From Felis catus (lineage: Eukaryota): a DNA stretch of 64,000 nt. Every line of letters starts with the position of its first letter. Within the stretch, counting starts at the first letter, position 1. Both the position numbers and the translations under genes were made by a program. Where the stretch lies: the NCBI RefSeq assembly GCF_018350175.1, contig NC_058373.1, positions 110,052,001 to 110,116,000 on the forward strand, given 5' to 3'. The notes under the pieces are model-generated. The model saw only the letters and a list, made by a program, of their open reading frames with translations. It made no database searches and was not told the origin of the DNA. Positions 51,448 to 64,000 of this stretch are shown here, piece by piece.

Positions 51448-52058
51448 GTTGGAAAATAACAAAGAAACATGGGAAAATCTGTGCTTTGTTAGGGACTTCT
51501 TGAGGAAGACGTTGTCGTAGAGAGAAGGGAAGGAAATACAGTGCCTCTTTGAGGGTGGTTTGGAATGATTCCCTTGGGGATTTTGGGGAGCCAGAAGATA
51601 CTTTGACTTCCTTATGGGCGTTGTGCTAGTTCAAGGTGGAAGCAATAAGAATAGAGTCCAGTCAGTTCTAAAGCAACTGTAAAGCCTGACCAAAAAGGAG
51701 GAAAGAGACTGGTGTAAAATGTGAGAGTGGGTTCTCATCAAAATGGTATGAAGGAATTTGATAGATGACATTTATGGCATGCGAACTCACAAAGGAATTA
51801 CAAATAAATCCCAAAACAAAAGGTTTGGATAATGCTTTTACCAAAGAAACTACAGTCTGTCTCTCTGTAAAATGTTCCAGTGTAAAGCATTTATGATGAA
51901 ATTACGCATTGGTGAAGCTTTAGTGAAAAAAAAGCAAGGGCTTTATGAGTTTTTGGACAAAAGGTGCAGCGCATACGCAGAGCAAATGAGATTAACGAAC
52001 CCCCAGTTACAGTGTTTGGCAAAAAGTCTGGTTGATGTCATGCTAAATTTCTTTTCAG

Positions 52059-52171
52059 AATCTGATGGATAAATTTGATTGTCATTCGCATACTCTTCTG
52101 GCATTTGAAAATAGAGATGAAAAAAATTTGCCACTGGTATCACCTAAGAAATTGGAGGAAATGAAAGCACG
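52059..52171 (+). CDS. SYNE2: SYNE2 exon ~13 (113 nt): NLMDKFDCHSHTLLAFENRDEKNLPLVSPKKLEEMKA(R)
   Basis: cttttcag|AAT...CG|gtttgt; phase 2 matches the next exon. Confidence 0.92.
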
Positions 52172-52906
52172 GTTTGTAACACTACCATTTCACCACTGCC
52201 GATGCCACTCGTGTTTGAGCACTAACGGGATGCTATACGGACCAGAAAAGTGTAGATTTTTAGATAACTTCTGACAAGGATTCTTTAAATCTTGATTCAC
52301 AGTACCTTCACATTTTTTGTAATAGTAACATCACCTCATACTAACATACGTCCTTTTTCATTGGATGGTAGGATATGGTGGTGGGGTAAGTTCTAGAAAG
52401 GGCGTCAGAAACCGAGCTCCGTATCTGAGTTTTGGCCAAGTTACTGTCTTTTGGAGCATGTATCCTCATTTGTAAATACAGAATAATGATAGCCACCCTG
52501 TTCGTGTCTCACAAGGATCCTGGGTGAGACAGGAGGAGGTATCTGAAAGTACTTCGTAAGCTCTAAAATAGTATAAATATAGAGATTTAACTGATGGTTG
52601 TCCACCTCATCCTCTCTTTTCTCATTATTCATGCACAACTTATTACAATGATAATAAGAGGGTTTTATTATTTGAAATAATAATGAAAGCCGTTTTAATA
52701 TGTAAATGTTGAAATTATAGTTGCATTCGGTTATACAAAAGTTTACAAACTTAGTAAAATATTTTGGAGATTAACATTTAGTATAGGATTTTTTTTCTAC
52801 AGGGGAATAGTTTCTTCAGATAATGTTCTATTCGATGTTTTCCTCTCAGAAATAGTTGTTTTATTCTTAGCCACAATATTTGTTTTACTCTGTTAAAAAA
52901 AAAATT

Positions 52907-53019
52907 GGGGGGCACCTGGCTGGTTCAGTTGGTAGAACAATGTGACTCCTGATCTCAGGATTGTGAGTTCAAGCCCCACGTTGGGGGTAGTACATCTTAC
53001 TTTAAAAGAAAAAAAAAAA
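52907..53019 (+). mobile_element. Short tRNA-derived SINE
   Basis: ggttcagttggtagaac...gagttcaagcccc plus A tail. Confidence 0.75.
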
Positions 53020-53154
53020 TTTGAGGATACATCTGAGTTCCATGTGTTTAAAATAAAAAGCCAAAGGCCCAATATTTTTAGAAATGCCAAACAGATTATC
53101 TCGCATTTGGGCAGTGATATGAAGTTAAATTCTAAAACCTGAAATATTTTCCAG

Positions 53155-53317
53155 AATCAACAACATTTCGGGGGAAAAATTCATTCCACTTCTAGAATTT
53201 CATTACTATAAGTGCACAGTTCTTGGTTTGCTAGATGAAGTAAAATCAAAATTGGATGTTTGGAACGTCAAATATGGGAACAAAGAATCTGTGGAATTAT
53301 TGCTGGAAGACTGGCAT
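53155..53317 (+). CDS. SYNE2: SYNE2 exon ~14 (163 nt): INNISGEKFIPLLEFHYYKCTVLGLLDEVKSKLDVWNVKYGNKESVELLLEDWH
   Basis: ttttccag|A...CAT|gtaagc. Confidence 0.94.
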
Positions 53318-54668
53318 GTAAGCTGTTTTATTTTGTGTCTTTGACAACCGTTCTCCATGTCTGGGTGCTAAGTTTGCATTTTTCCTTAAGACAGTTTCCC
53401 TTTACCTTTCCAGGTTTTGAGATGAGTTTTCTTGGTAGTTTTCATTAGCTTAAAATTACCTAGAGAACAGAATTTTAGGTAGCCAAATAACAGACACTGG
53501 GAGGAGTAAGAAAGAGAAAACCACATTATTTACCACAACAGGGAAGACTCTGTTAACCAGGCTAATTAACCTAATAGTTACAAAAAGTTTCAGGTTATTA
53601 AAAATTTCAGCATTCACTTACTGGATGTCTTGTTTAAGAATTTTTCCCACTCAGATTCATGGTTTCATTCAAAAATTAACTTTTTTTTTAGAACATTTTA
53701 ATCTTAGCCTTTCGAGTTGTAAGAGTGGGAAAGACAGTACATTTTGTCTTGGGGCTTATTTTTGGAGAAAGGGGTTGGCTCTTGAAATTAATGGGAAAAA
53801 ATGTTGCAAATGATTTAAATATAAATATGTTCTTTTGTAAATTAAAAGCATCCTAGAAATGTCATTTCTGCAGTTAGGAATTAATATCATTCTTTCTGTT
53901 TCCCTTTTTTTGGAATGAGTGGCAAAAAAGAAAAATCCAAGATTGTAAATTTCAGTGCAAAAATTGAACAACACAATCAAGACAGATTTATTTAATAATT
54001 TATGATTTAAACACCGTACTTTCCTGAATAGGAGACATCATTCTCAATTAGACTAGGTTTTGAATGTTTTTTCTACTTTGTATTTGTCATTTTTCCATTT
54101 AAGTAATCATACCATTGGAATTTAATAAGTATACAGTAAATATGAGCTTTTAATTAACTGTATTTTTCAACAGCAGAATTTGCTTGCTTAGGACACATCA
54201 TAATTTGACTAATGGTAGTTACTCAGATGTTTTTGTGGGATGGATGTTATCTATTTACAACATACTCTCATATATCTAATAAAAATTATTCAATATTAAT
54301 AAAAGTTGTGAAATAAAAGAAACTGGGATAAATTACGCAATATTAATAAATATGTGAAGTAGGAGCTTTTGAAAAAGGTATATGTAACTTACCTTTTCCC
54401 ACAGGAGAAAAACCGTCGTGGAACCATATCACGGCAATGATGAACTTTGTTAGGTCTCATACCTACATAGTGTTCATACTTCTGTTTCCTAGATCTTAAC
54501 CGACTTTCTTCATGAACTACTCTTCTTTTCTACCAATATATAGTAGTAAAGCCTTAAGGAAATTTTGGGGCCCGAGTGCTTCATCAATATTTATGTTTCT
54601 CTCTGGATTTCTTGACACATTTTTAATGGTAAAAAGCTGTCAATATATTTTTTTCCTTTCCCCCCCAG

Positions 54669-54747
54669 AAATTTATTGAAGAAAAAGAGTTCCTAGCTCA
54701 ACTTGAAACTTCCTTGCAAAAGTGTGAAGAAATACATAAGAATTTAG
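54669..54747 (+). CDS. SYNE2: SYNE2 exon ~15 (79 nt): KFIEEKEFLAQLETSLQKCEEIHKNL
   Basis: ccccccag|AAA...G|gtaaag. Confidence 0.93.
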
Positions 54748-54798
54748 GTAAAGCTATACAGTTACTTATTGATGAAATGACCACTTAAAAATAGCACG

Positions 54799-55010
54799 TG
54801 GGCGCCTGGGTGGCTCAGTCGGTTGTGCGTCTGACTTCGGCTCAGGTTATGATCTTGCAGGTCGTGGGTTTGACCTCTGTGTCGGGCTCTGTGCTGATGG
54901 CTCAGAGCCTGGAGCCCGCTTTGGATTCTGTGTCTCCCTCTCTCTCTCTGCCCCTCCTCTGCTTGTCCTCTCTCTTTCTGTCTCAAAAATAAACAAACAT
55001 TAAAAAAAAT
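54799..55010 (+). mobile_element. SINEC in the short intron between exons ~15 and ~16
   Basis: TSD aaaaatagca. Confidence 0.9.
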
Positions 55011-55227
55011 AGCATTTTATCTGTTTCACTTACTTTATACCTTAACGTTTTAGGAATTGGTTTAACATGTGTTTTCTTTGGAAAATTCTTGGCGTTCACT
55101 TTTAATATTATCACAGTACATATTTACTTGACCATTGACAATTAACATGCAAATATTTTTCTTGGTATTATTTTATTAATAAAAAACTGTTTTCTAAGAT
55201 TTCTTTCTTGTTTTGTTAACATTATAG

Positions 55228-55415
55228 ATGGAGAATATCAGGATATTAGCAAACAATATATGGCAGTGGAATATGATATTTGTATGTATAGAAAAAATAT
55301 ATATAATGTCAAGTCCACTCTTCAGAAAGTTTTGACATGTTGGGCTACTTATCTGGAAAAACTTCGCTTACTAAAGGCTTGTTTTGAGGAGACAAAGAAG
55401 GAACAGATTAAAGAG
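55228..55415 (+). CDS. SYNE2: SYNE2 exon ~16 (188 nt): DGEYQDISKQYMAVEYDICMYRKNIYNVKSTLQKVLTCWATYLEKLRLLKACFEETKKEQIKE
   Basis: attatag|AT...GAG|gtattt. Confidence 0.94.
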
Positions 55416-55615
55416 GTATTTTCAGTCTAATGTTACCTCCTCAATTTTCTTTTCTTTTTTTTTTTCGTTTTGTTTGGAGATCCTCGTTTTCAATCCAAAA
55501 ATGAGAGGCCAGGGAAGAGTGAACATGACTCTTGGAAATATTCTTCAAAGTATTGGAAAGAGTTTAGTTTCTTTCTAATACAATTGCCAAAAGGAAGTTT
55601 TCTCCTCATTGTAGG

Positions 55616-55620
<5 letters not shown>

Positions 55621-55656
<36 letters not shown>
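55621..55656. repeat. (CA)n microsatellite
   Basis: Direct reading. Confidence 0.95.
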
Positions 55657-55659
<3 letters not shown>

Positions 55660-56216
55660 GCTTTTGAACGATATATTGCTTAAGTTCTTTGGAAGGAAAA
55701 GAAAAGACTTGGAATATTCAATAGCTTATAGACACATTTAAAATAACTTGATATTTTAAAAAGTTTTATTTTTCCATTTGGGTGAATACCTTTCAGCTCT
55801 AAAATCTTCGTGTATTTCCAGAGGAAGGAAATGCAGAATACCTTAGACTTATGTGGAGAGATATGGAAGAAATTTCAACGTAATTCATCAGTGTTTTCAC
55901 TTGCTAGTCATGTCATAATCTGTTTTATGATTCTTCTCTGGGATAGTTTTTCTTTCTTTCACTTCTTTTCCTCTGTTGCAAATGGTTATCTGCTTGAAAA
56001 TAATTTTGATGAAAAGTCTCAGATGAAACATTTTCCAAATAGACACTAAAGTTCCTCAGCTGAAAAATGGGCTGTTTATATGAAAGTAAAATTTGTGATA
56101 AGTGGAGGAGCGCGTAAAGAATATTTGAGGGGTTGGTGAGTCATTCTCCCTGTCACCTATAGTGATACTAAAAATTCAGATCTTTGGCTTTCAACGATTC
56201 TTCTGTGTTTAAAAAC

Positions 56217-56565
56217 TTTTTTTTAAATTCTGATTTTAATTCTAGTAGTTAACCTACAGTATAATAGTAGTGTCAGATGTACAGTAAAGTGATTCAACAC
56301 TTTTCATGCAACCTCCAGTGCTCATCACAAGGGCACTTCTGAATCCCCATCATCTATTTTACCCATCCCCCACCCACCTCCCCTCTGGTAATCATCAGTT
56401 TGTTCTCTGGTTAATAGTCTGTTTCTTGTTTGCCTCTCTCTCTCCTTTTTTCCCCCTTTGCTCGTCTGTTCTGTTTCTTACATTCCACATATGAGTGAAA
56501 TCATATGGTATTTGTCTTCCTCTGAGTTATTTTGCTTATCATAATACTCGCTGGCTTCATCCATT
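56217..56565 (-). mobile_element. Carnivore L1 3' end, 5'-truncated
   Basis: ccacatatgagtgaaatcatatggtatttgtc; similar to the L1 at 48132-49340. Confidence 0.8.
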
Positions 56566-57137
56566 AAAGATATTTTATTAGGATTCACATAAATGAGAAA
56601 AAAAAAAAAACCACTATAAGCCTTGCACTTCCCAAACTCTGTGCTGAGGTGCCCTGAGCTGCTAGAGGACTTTAAAGATAATTTAAATTTTGAGGGACAC
56701 AGCAACATCAGCCTGTGGGACACCATACAGCAAATAACTACCAAGTGGTTTGGACCCGACTACTTGAAAATGAGAACCGTTAGATGAATCTCCTGGCATA
56801 GGGAATTTATGAAAAATTACCGAAACATTAAGAGCACCATGAACCGATAAATGTTTGAGAGCCTTTGCTCTAAGCTCATTAGCCACTTAGAAAGGCAGAA
56901 CATCAGCTGCTTCCTTAAAGTTCAGGACCAAGAGCAATGACAGCTGGTACCTGGCAGTTAGTGATTAGGGATGAAGAGCTAGTCCAGCAGGGATGGGGAA
57001 TCCTCTGAGGGGAGGGTCAGAGTGTCTGCAAGAACCTCATACTCACTTTTGCTTAGAATCACTTGGTAAAGATCTATTACGCATAACAGAAAGACAAGTG
57101 TTGTGTCATTAAAATGTGTTGCTTTTATGTTGTGTAG

Positions 57138-57302
57138 ATTCCCTTTGAGACAATATCCCAGTGGAGTGTAGAACATACTACTTTAAATGAAGTGGGAAAT
57201 TTCCTAATTCAAGTCAGTAATGATGAAGTTGGATCATCTATTTCTAAAGAACTGAGAAGACTGAATAAAAGATGGAGAAAATTTATTACAAAAACTCAAC
57301 TT
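57138..57302 (+). CDS. SYNE2: SYNE2 exon ~17 (165 nt): IPFETISQWSVEHTTLNEVGNFLIQVSNDEVGSSISKELRRLNKRWRKFITKTQL
   Basis: tgtgtag|ATT...CTT|gtaagt; LNxRW spectrin-repeat motif. Confidence 0.95.
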
Positions 57303-57314
57303 GTAAGTGTTTTT

Positions 57315-58055
57315 GTTTTTTGGTAACCGCTTCATTGAGATATAATTCCCATACCATACAATTCAGTCATTGAAAGTGTATAACTTAGTATATTTAGTAT
57401 ATTCAGAGTCGTGCAGCCACCACCATCATAAATTCTAGAACATTTTTGTCATCTCCTAAAGAAACTCTGACTCCATTAGCAGTCACTCTCTACTCTCTCC
57501 CAGCCTCCCCAGTGGCCACTGATCCACTTTATGTCTCTGTAGATTTGCCTGTTCTGGATATTTCACACAGATGGAATCAAATAGTATCTGGTCTTTTGTT
57601 TCTCGCCTTTTAAACTTAACATAATGTTTTCAAGGTTCGTCTGTGTTGTAACGTGTCAGTACTTCATTTACTTCTTATGGCAAATAATAGTCTATTGTAT
57701 GGATACCCAGCGTTTCATTTATTGATTGATCAGTTTATGCACATTGGCTTCTTTCCACCCTTTTGACTATTATGAATAGTGTTGCTGTGAACATTTATGT
57801 CCAAGTTTTTTGGTTTTTTTTTTAAATGTTTATTTATTTTGAGAGAGGAAGAGAGAGAAATAGAAAGCAAGCAGGGGAGGGGCAGAGAGAGAAGGAGAGA
57901 GAATCCCAAGCAGGCTCCACACTGTCAGTGCAGAGCTCCACACGGGGCTCCAACTCACGAATCATGAGAATCATGATCCAAGCTGAAATCAAGAGTCGGA
58001 CGCTTAACTGACTAAGTCAGTCATCCCTTATGGACAAGAATTTGTGTGGACATGT
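57315..58055 (-). mobile_element. Old L1M 3' end with a nested SINEC (~57810-58028)
   Basis: ttgagatataattcccataccatac...; SINE body. Confidence 0.75.
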
Positions 58056-58399
58056 AATAATACAGTTTTGTAGCTGAAATTCATTTACCATTATAGAACA
58101 ACATAAGCATTTTTGCATACAGATTTCAACCTCCTTAAGAACATACACGGAACTTTATATGGCTTTTTATTTAGCATGGCGCCTTATAAAAGCAGACCTT
58201 TAATAAATAATTTTTTAACTTAAATTATTCTATTTCTTATTTTTAGTAATTTTAGACTGAGGGGGGTTTTTTGTTTTTTGGGGAAATGCTCCTACTTTAT
58301 AACATTGTTATTATGTGATAAATCCCCAAAATATGTTGAATATATTATGTCCAGTTATTGTTAGTAATAATGTATCTTCACATAAAAATACGGGCTTCA

Positions 58400-58597
58400 G
58401 GGTACCTGGGTGGCTCAGTTGGTTGAGCAACTGACTCTTGATTTTGGCTCAGGTCACGATCTCACGGCTCGTGAGCTCAAGGCCTGCATAATGCCTTGTG
58501 CTGACCGTGAGGAGCCTGCTTGGAATTCTCTTCCTCTCTTTCTGCCCCTTCCCCCCTCCCCTCACTCTCTATCTCTCAAAAGAAGTCAATAAGTAAC
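58400..58597 (+). mobile_element. SINEC
   Basis: Head and CT-rich body; ends about 40 nt before exon ~18. Confidence 0.85.
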
Positions 58598-58637
58598 TTT
58601 TTAAAATGGACTGTAAATTTTATGACAATTTTTATAG

Positions 58638-58787
58638 GAAATGAAACTGCCACTTAGAAAAAAACAGGATCAGCCCATTTTTGACAATTATGAAAATACT
58701 CAGCTACGTGAAGAAGAAAAACCAACTGTTGATTTTTCAATGGATATGTCAATAGAACTTCCTGAAAGTCATAATCAGCATGTAAAG
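58638..58787 (+). CDS. SYNE2: SYNE2 exon ~18 (150 nt): EMKLPLRKKQDQPIFDNYENTQLREEEKPTVDFSMDMSIELPESHNQHVK
   Basis: tttatag|GAA...AAG|gtaaaa; phase 0-0. Confidence 0.92.
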
Positions 58788-58910
58788 GTAAAATAGTCAT
58801 ACTTTATGTATTTCACTTGTATATAGCTATACCGTGGCTATTTTTCTTTTGTTAAACCTATATTGTTGAAACAGTGGTAAATGTGATTATTGGATAACAC
58901 TTAAAAAAAA

Positions 58911-59121
58911 TTTTTTTTAACGTTTATTTATTTTTGAGACCAGGAGAGACAGAGCATGAACGGGGGAGGGTCAGAGAGAGAGGGAGACACAGAATCTGAA
59001 ACAGGCTCCAGGCTCCGAGCTGTCAGCACAGAGCCTGATGTGGGGCTCGAACTCACGGACCGCGAGATCATGACCTGAGCTGAAGTCGGACGCTTAACCG
59101 ACTGAGCCACCCAGGCACCCC
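58911..59121 (-). mobile_element. Felid SINEC
   Basis: TSD ggataacacttaaaa. Confidence 0.92.
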
Positions 59122-59995
59122 GGATAACACTTAAAATGTGGTCATTTTCCACTAGAATGCTCCACTAGGATCCCTCAGGCTTCAGCATTCAAGTCTGTGT
59201 CTCTCCCTCACTCAGGAATTCCGCAGACGTGCAGAAGCCGTCATGACTTCTGAGCTGTGGACACTGAGTTGATATTTTCTTCAGATGACTTCTGCCTCTT
59301 GCTCAGGGATTGTCTAGCTTTTGTCTAGCCCCTGGCCCATGTCTTACTTCCTTTCTGTACAGTAGGGGACAATATAATCTTTATTTCTTGCTTTGTTGTT
59401 TAGAGGACGATTTTAGATTATAGGGAAGACTATGGAAAAGGAACAAAGAGTTTATACACATGTAAGATAATACCAGTGATTTTGGAAATGTGCCTCCTTC
59501 CGAATAATAACATATCCAACTTCACTTAAATTAAGTTTGGACTGACTTTGGCCAGTTGCTGGGATGGAGTGCTAGTGTTTGGCACCGTAAGGAGACCTGA
59601 TCAAAGTCTTGAAAGATCTGAAGTTGTACAATATGTTTATAGAGGAGAAGGATGTGGAACACTATATTTCTCTAGTATATTTAAGATATCTGATTAACAA
59701 CAGCTTTAAGGATGCACCTGTCATGCAGAGCTATAGCATAACCTATAGGATATTGAGAGGTTATCGATGGGAAAAGGCTTAATTTTGTTGAAATTGGATT
59801 CTGAGTCTCTTCTTGGTGATGTTTCATGACTACTGTCACTCATAGTTGTATTTACTAAAATTGTACGTGAATTTTAGAAATGTATCTAAGGAGTTACTAC
59901 CCTAATTTTCTAAGCTTTAATCTTCTTATCTATAAAATGAAGATGATAATAACTAAATGATAGGAATGATACCCTCATTAAGAAAACAATGTGAA

Positions 59996-60116
59996 GGGCA
60001 CCTGGGTGGCTCAGTCATTTAAGCATCCAACTCTCAATTTGGGCTCAGGTCATGATCCCAGGTGGTGGGATCAACCCCCCATTGGGCTCTGTGCTGAGCA
60101 TGGAGCCTGCTTAAGA

Positions 60117-60147
<31 letters not shown>

Positions 60148-60590
60148 CCTCCTCTGCACCTTTCCCCTGCTCATGCTTGCTCTCTCTCTCTCTCTCAAAA
60201 AAAAAAAAAAAGAAAGAAAGAAAAAAAAGAAAACATGAACAAATTTTTTACTTTTGAAAGTGATAAATGCGATCATAGAGTGTGATTATCATTATCCAAA
60301 AAGTAGGTTTTAAGTTACTAAAGTATGTTGCATTAGCAGTCTTCAGGAAGAAAAGAGATATAACTTTTTCTAATTGAAAATTATTTTAGGGGTGCCTGGG
60401 TGGCTTACGTCAGTTGAGTGTCTGACTCTTGGTTTCAGCTCAAGTCACGATCTCACAGTTTCGTTGAGTTCGAGCCCCATGTTGAGGCTCTGCACTGACT
60501 GCTGAACCTGCTTGGGATCCTCTCTCTCCCTCTCTCTCGGCCCCTCACCCATTTGTGCTCTCTGTCTCTCTCAAAATAAATACACTTAAA
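59996..60590 (+). mobile_element. Two SINECs (~59996-60230 and ~60389-60590)
   Basis: Heads, (CT)n and tails visible. Confidence 0.87.
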
Positions 60591-60643
60591 GTATTTTATA
60601 AGTGATGTTGCCATTTTCTTAGTGGTAATTTTGAATGTTGTAG

Positions 60644-60814
60644 GCTGGGGAAGGACATGAAAAAGAAAATGAATTCACAGGGCAACTCAAAGTGGCTGAA
60701 GACGTTGAAAAACTCATTGAACAAGTGGAAATCTGGGAGGCAGAAACTGAATCTCTTCTGGAGCTTCTGAGATGTCATGAGGGGGTAGACGCCTCAGTGG
60801 AAGAATCTTTGCAG
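60644..60814 (+). CDS. SYNE2: SYNE2 exon ~19 (171 nt): AGEGHEKENEFTGQLKVAEDVEKLIEQVEIWEAETESLLELLRCHEGVDASVEESLQ
   Basis: gttgtag|GCT...CAG|gtagga; phase 0-0. Confidence 0.92.
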
Positions 60815-62404
60815 GTAGGAGTGCAACAGTATTAAGAACATAGCTTTCGTGGTTGTGGACTTATGTACTAAGACAAATACAAGGTTTTAAGGTAAATAGT
60901 AATAAGACTGCTGTTTGAACTTTCTTTGCTGAGTGTTGTAAAAATTGCATGGACTGCCATTCCTGGATCATTTGCTGAGATTTTGCCTGAGGACAGAGGA
61001 TAGATTAGGAGACCACTAATGATACCTTACAAGTCTCAATTCCTGAACTGATTTTCCCAGCCACCTAATGGAGATTAAAATATTCTCTGGTTTCAGAGAG
61101 CAATGAGGAGATGAGTCAGGATGTGTCAGATAGGTAGGTCAGTTCAGCGAGAGTATAAGAGATTATACAATTTAGGCTTTGAAAGCTCACCCGTTGATTA
61201 AGCCACCTACCCTTCCTTCCTTGATGCAGGGAGGGTGACGGATGTTGTTAAAACCTTTCTGTCTTTATTCTCGGGCAGTTGACTCATTGAAAAGCACTGA
61301 GGCAAGAGTGTGTTTTAATATCATTCGGTTCTCCTGGGGAAGGAGTTACGACTGAGGTTTTTACTGAGTTCCAGCTCAGCTATAAAACTTATGGAGCATG
61401 TCATAAATTACAACAAGATGGAAAGTTCCTGGAATGAAGGGATATTCACGTAATTCTTTGAAATCCAGATTTCTGAAAGGTGTACAGGTAGCATTTTGTG
61501 TTTTCATGGTTTATACGAATCGCGTTTTTTATCGTTTTGAAAATATTGTGTAAACGTACTTGTGCCATCTGCCAGCGCTTTTTACTTTTGTTTTATTTTT
61601 ATATTTATTTATTTGTTGTATCTGGAATTCGTTTGATGAAAGAAATGAGTAGGAAGGAGAAATTCAATATTTTACAAATATTTCAAAACGATGACAATGA
61701 TCCCTGTTATAAACAATGAAAATACAAATATGCTTATATAAGGATATACTTATATTAACAAGGAATTAAGTAGATCTTTATTAGAGCAAGATATATGGTG
61801 AAGTAAGAAATGCAAATTGGTGAACAGTACCAGTGATGTGATTTTTTTTTAGTCTTTTTTTAAAAACAATTGCTTTTTTGTAGTAAATGGATTTATATCC
61901 ATAGAAAACTGTGTGTAAGGATATACACATAACTAACTCTTATCTTGATTGTGCATTAGGCCCCAGTCTTGGCACATTTCCTGATGCCTCATACATGTAA
62001 ACCAAGTAACCAAATATTGTTACTTTTATAATTTAAAAGAGAAAAAAAAGAAAATGTAAATGAATGTGCTAACTGCAGAACATTTAAATAATGTACAAAA
62101 GCATAAAGAGTAAAAGCACCATGATTCCACTGCTCTCAGATAAATACAGTCAACATTTATATAGTTAATATCAAACAGTATAGCTTCTATTTTATCATAC
62201 TTTTGCTACCCTTGAGTTGTAATTAAAATTTTTTGTGCTGATTTGATAACTGAAAAGTGGTACCTCATTATTATTTTAATTTGTACTTATTTAATTACAT
62301 GTAAGGTTGAACTGTCTTTCATGTATTTATCGGCCATTTGTTTTTGTGAATTATCTGTTCTTGCGTTTTTTGAATTTTCTTTGGGACCTTAGTACTTTTC
62401 TGTC

Positions 62405-62629
62405 TTTTTTTTTTTTTTTTTTTTTTAACGTTTATTTATTTTTGAGACAGAGAGAGACAGAGCATGAGCAGGGGAGGGGCAGAAAGAGAGGGAGACACCG
62501 AATCTGAAACAGGCTCCAGGCTCTGAGCTGTCAGCACAGAGCCCGACGCAGGGCTCGAACTCACTCACTGCGAGATCATGACCTGAGCCGAAGTCGGACA
62601 CTTAACCGACTGAGCCACCCAAGCACCCC
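62405..62629 (-). mobile_element. Felid SINEC
   Basis: TSD ggaccttagtacttttct. Confidence 0.92.
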
Positions 62630-63003
62630 AAGGACCTTAGTACTTTTCTTATTGAATTTATGAGCTCTTTGAATCACGACGCATTTTCATTTGTGTGGCA
62701 AATATTTTTACCAAGTTGTTGACTTTTAAGTTGTTTATTTTATTTTACATGGAAAATTTTTATATTGATGTTCCTGCTCTTATCCCTAAAAAGGCCCCTT
62801 CACACCCAGAGGGTAGATCACTTTTCATGGATAATTTCTTTTTGTAGTTTTCTATTTTATATGTAACTTTCTGATCCACTGAAATTTATTTTTAGTGTGT
62901 TGTATAAAGCATGGTTATAAATTTCTTTTCCAATAGCCATTTTTCTCCAATAACATTTAATGAATCTCCTTCCAACCGATTTGACTTAGAACAACTTCAT
63001 TTT

Positions 63004-63250
63004 GGGGTGCCTGCGTGGCTCAGTCGGTTGGGCGTCCGACTTCAGCTCAGGTTATGATCTCGCAGTTCTTGAGTTCGAGTCCTGCATCGGGCTCTGTGCT
63101 GACAGCTTTGGATTCTGCTTTGACGGCTTTGGAACCTGCTTTGGATTCTGTGTCTCCTTCTCTGTCTGCCCCTCCCTGCCCTTGCGTGTGTGCGCATGCT
63201 TGTGCTCTCTCCCCCTCTCTCTCTCAAAATAAATAAACATTTAAAAAAAA
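63004..63250 (+). mobile_element. SINEC with a small internal duplication (gctttgga repeated)
   Basis: TSD agaacaacttcattt. Confidence 0.9.
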
Positions 63251-63561
63251 GAGAACAACTTCATTTTAAGATTTATTACTACTCTCTCAACTTATTTGAC
63301 TATTGGCATTGTATTACTTCTAGGCTTTATTTTATTGAAGTGCTTACTGTGTAAACAATCTATGACAGACTATGTTTCTCAGAATCTCATTGTACTAACA
63401 TAACAATTTTTTAATGAAGTTTAAAAATAACATTTTTAGAGTACAAATGTACCTCGCTTTGGATTAATAATAATTAACTTTTTATGATTTCCTGACCAGA
63501 GTAAGGTTAATGTTTAACATATAACCTGAATATTTATTGTGGTCTCACTTTGTTTTCATAG

Positions 63562-63720
63562 CATCTTATTGCCAAAGGCTCTATGTATGAAGAGCTTGTG
63601 TCTAGAATTGAAGATACCTTACAAATGGATGTGCCGAATATTTCCAGCCAGGAGTCCCTTCAACATGTTCTCACAGTTGGGCTTCAGGCAAAGATTCAAG
63701 AAGCGAAAGAGAAAGTTCAG
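63562..63720 (+). CDS. SYNE2: SYNE2 exon ~20 (159 nt): HLIAKGSMYEELVSRIEDTLQMDVPNISSQESLQHVLTVGLQAKIQEAKEKVQ
   Basis: tttcatag|CAT...CAG|gtctct. Confidence 0.92.
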
Positions 63721-64000
63721 GTCTCTCTTTAATATTTCCTATTAAGTGAATCCAGTCTTTAAAACTGAGTGGTCAGTAGGAGGATGGGGAAGAGAGGGAG
63801 GGATTGCCCTCTAAGTTGGAAACGTTTTATAAAATATTACTTTTGTGTTTTATGTGTATATTTTAACAATTTAGAGCACATTGAAAAATATCAACATAAT
63901 AAGTAGGATATTCTCATGTCTAGTGGGAAAATAAGAGTCACTCCTCAAAGACTGTAGTTGTTAATTTGTGACTTACCGAAAAGCGGGGCCAGCTGTTGAG

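Noticed and set aside
52907..53019. Second tRNA-Lys-like sequence
   Set aside because: Same short SINE class, degenerate.

Overview
Mammalian genomic DNA from a felid, judged by dense cat-type tRNA-derived SINEC/CAN-SINEs. The whole window lies inside the 5' part of SYNE2 (nesprin-2) on the + strand. I read 18 GT-AG coding exons from 21390 to 63720. They total 2402 nt and splice into one stop-free frame encoding the tandem calponin-homology (CH) actin-binding domain and the first spectrin-repeat region. Exon numbers 3-20 follow the human gene as I recall it. I did not find the start-codon exon, which probably lies upstream, and the gene continues past the window. The rest is intron: about 50 SINEs, L1/L2/MIR fragments, hAT-type MER elements, microsatellites and one intact antisense gammaretrovirus-like solo LTR. 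Almost all listed ORFs are spurious products of repeats. I found no convincing new biological system. The best second-look items are the solo LTR, a twin-primed inverted L1, a minisatellite amplified inside a SINE, a ~145-bp local duplication, inverted SINE pairs around exons, and a Cys at a normally Tyr position in CH2.
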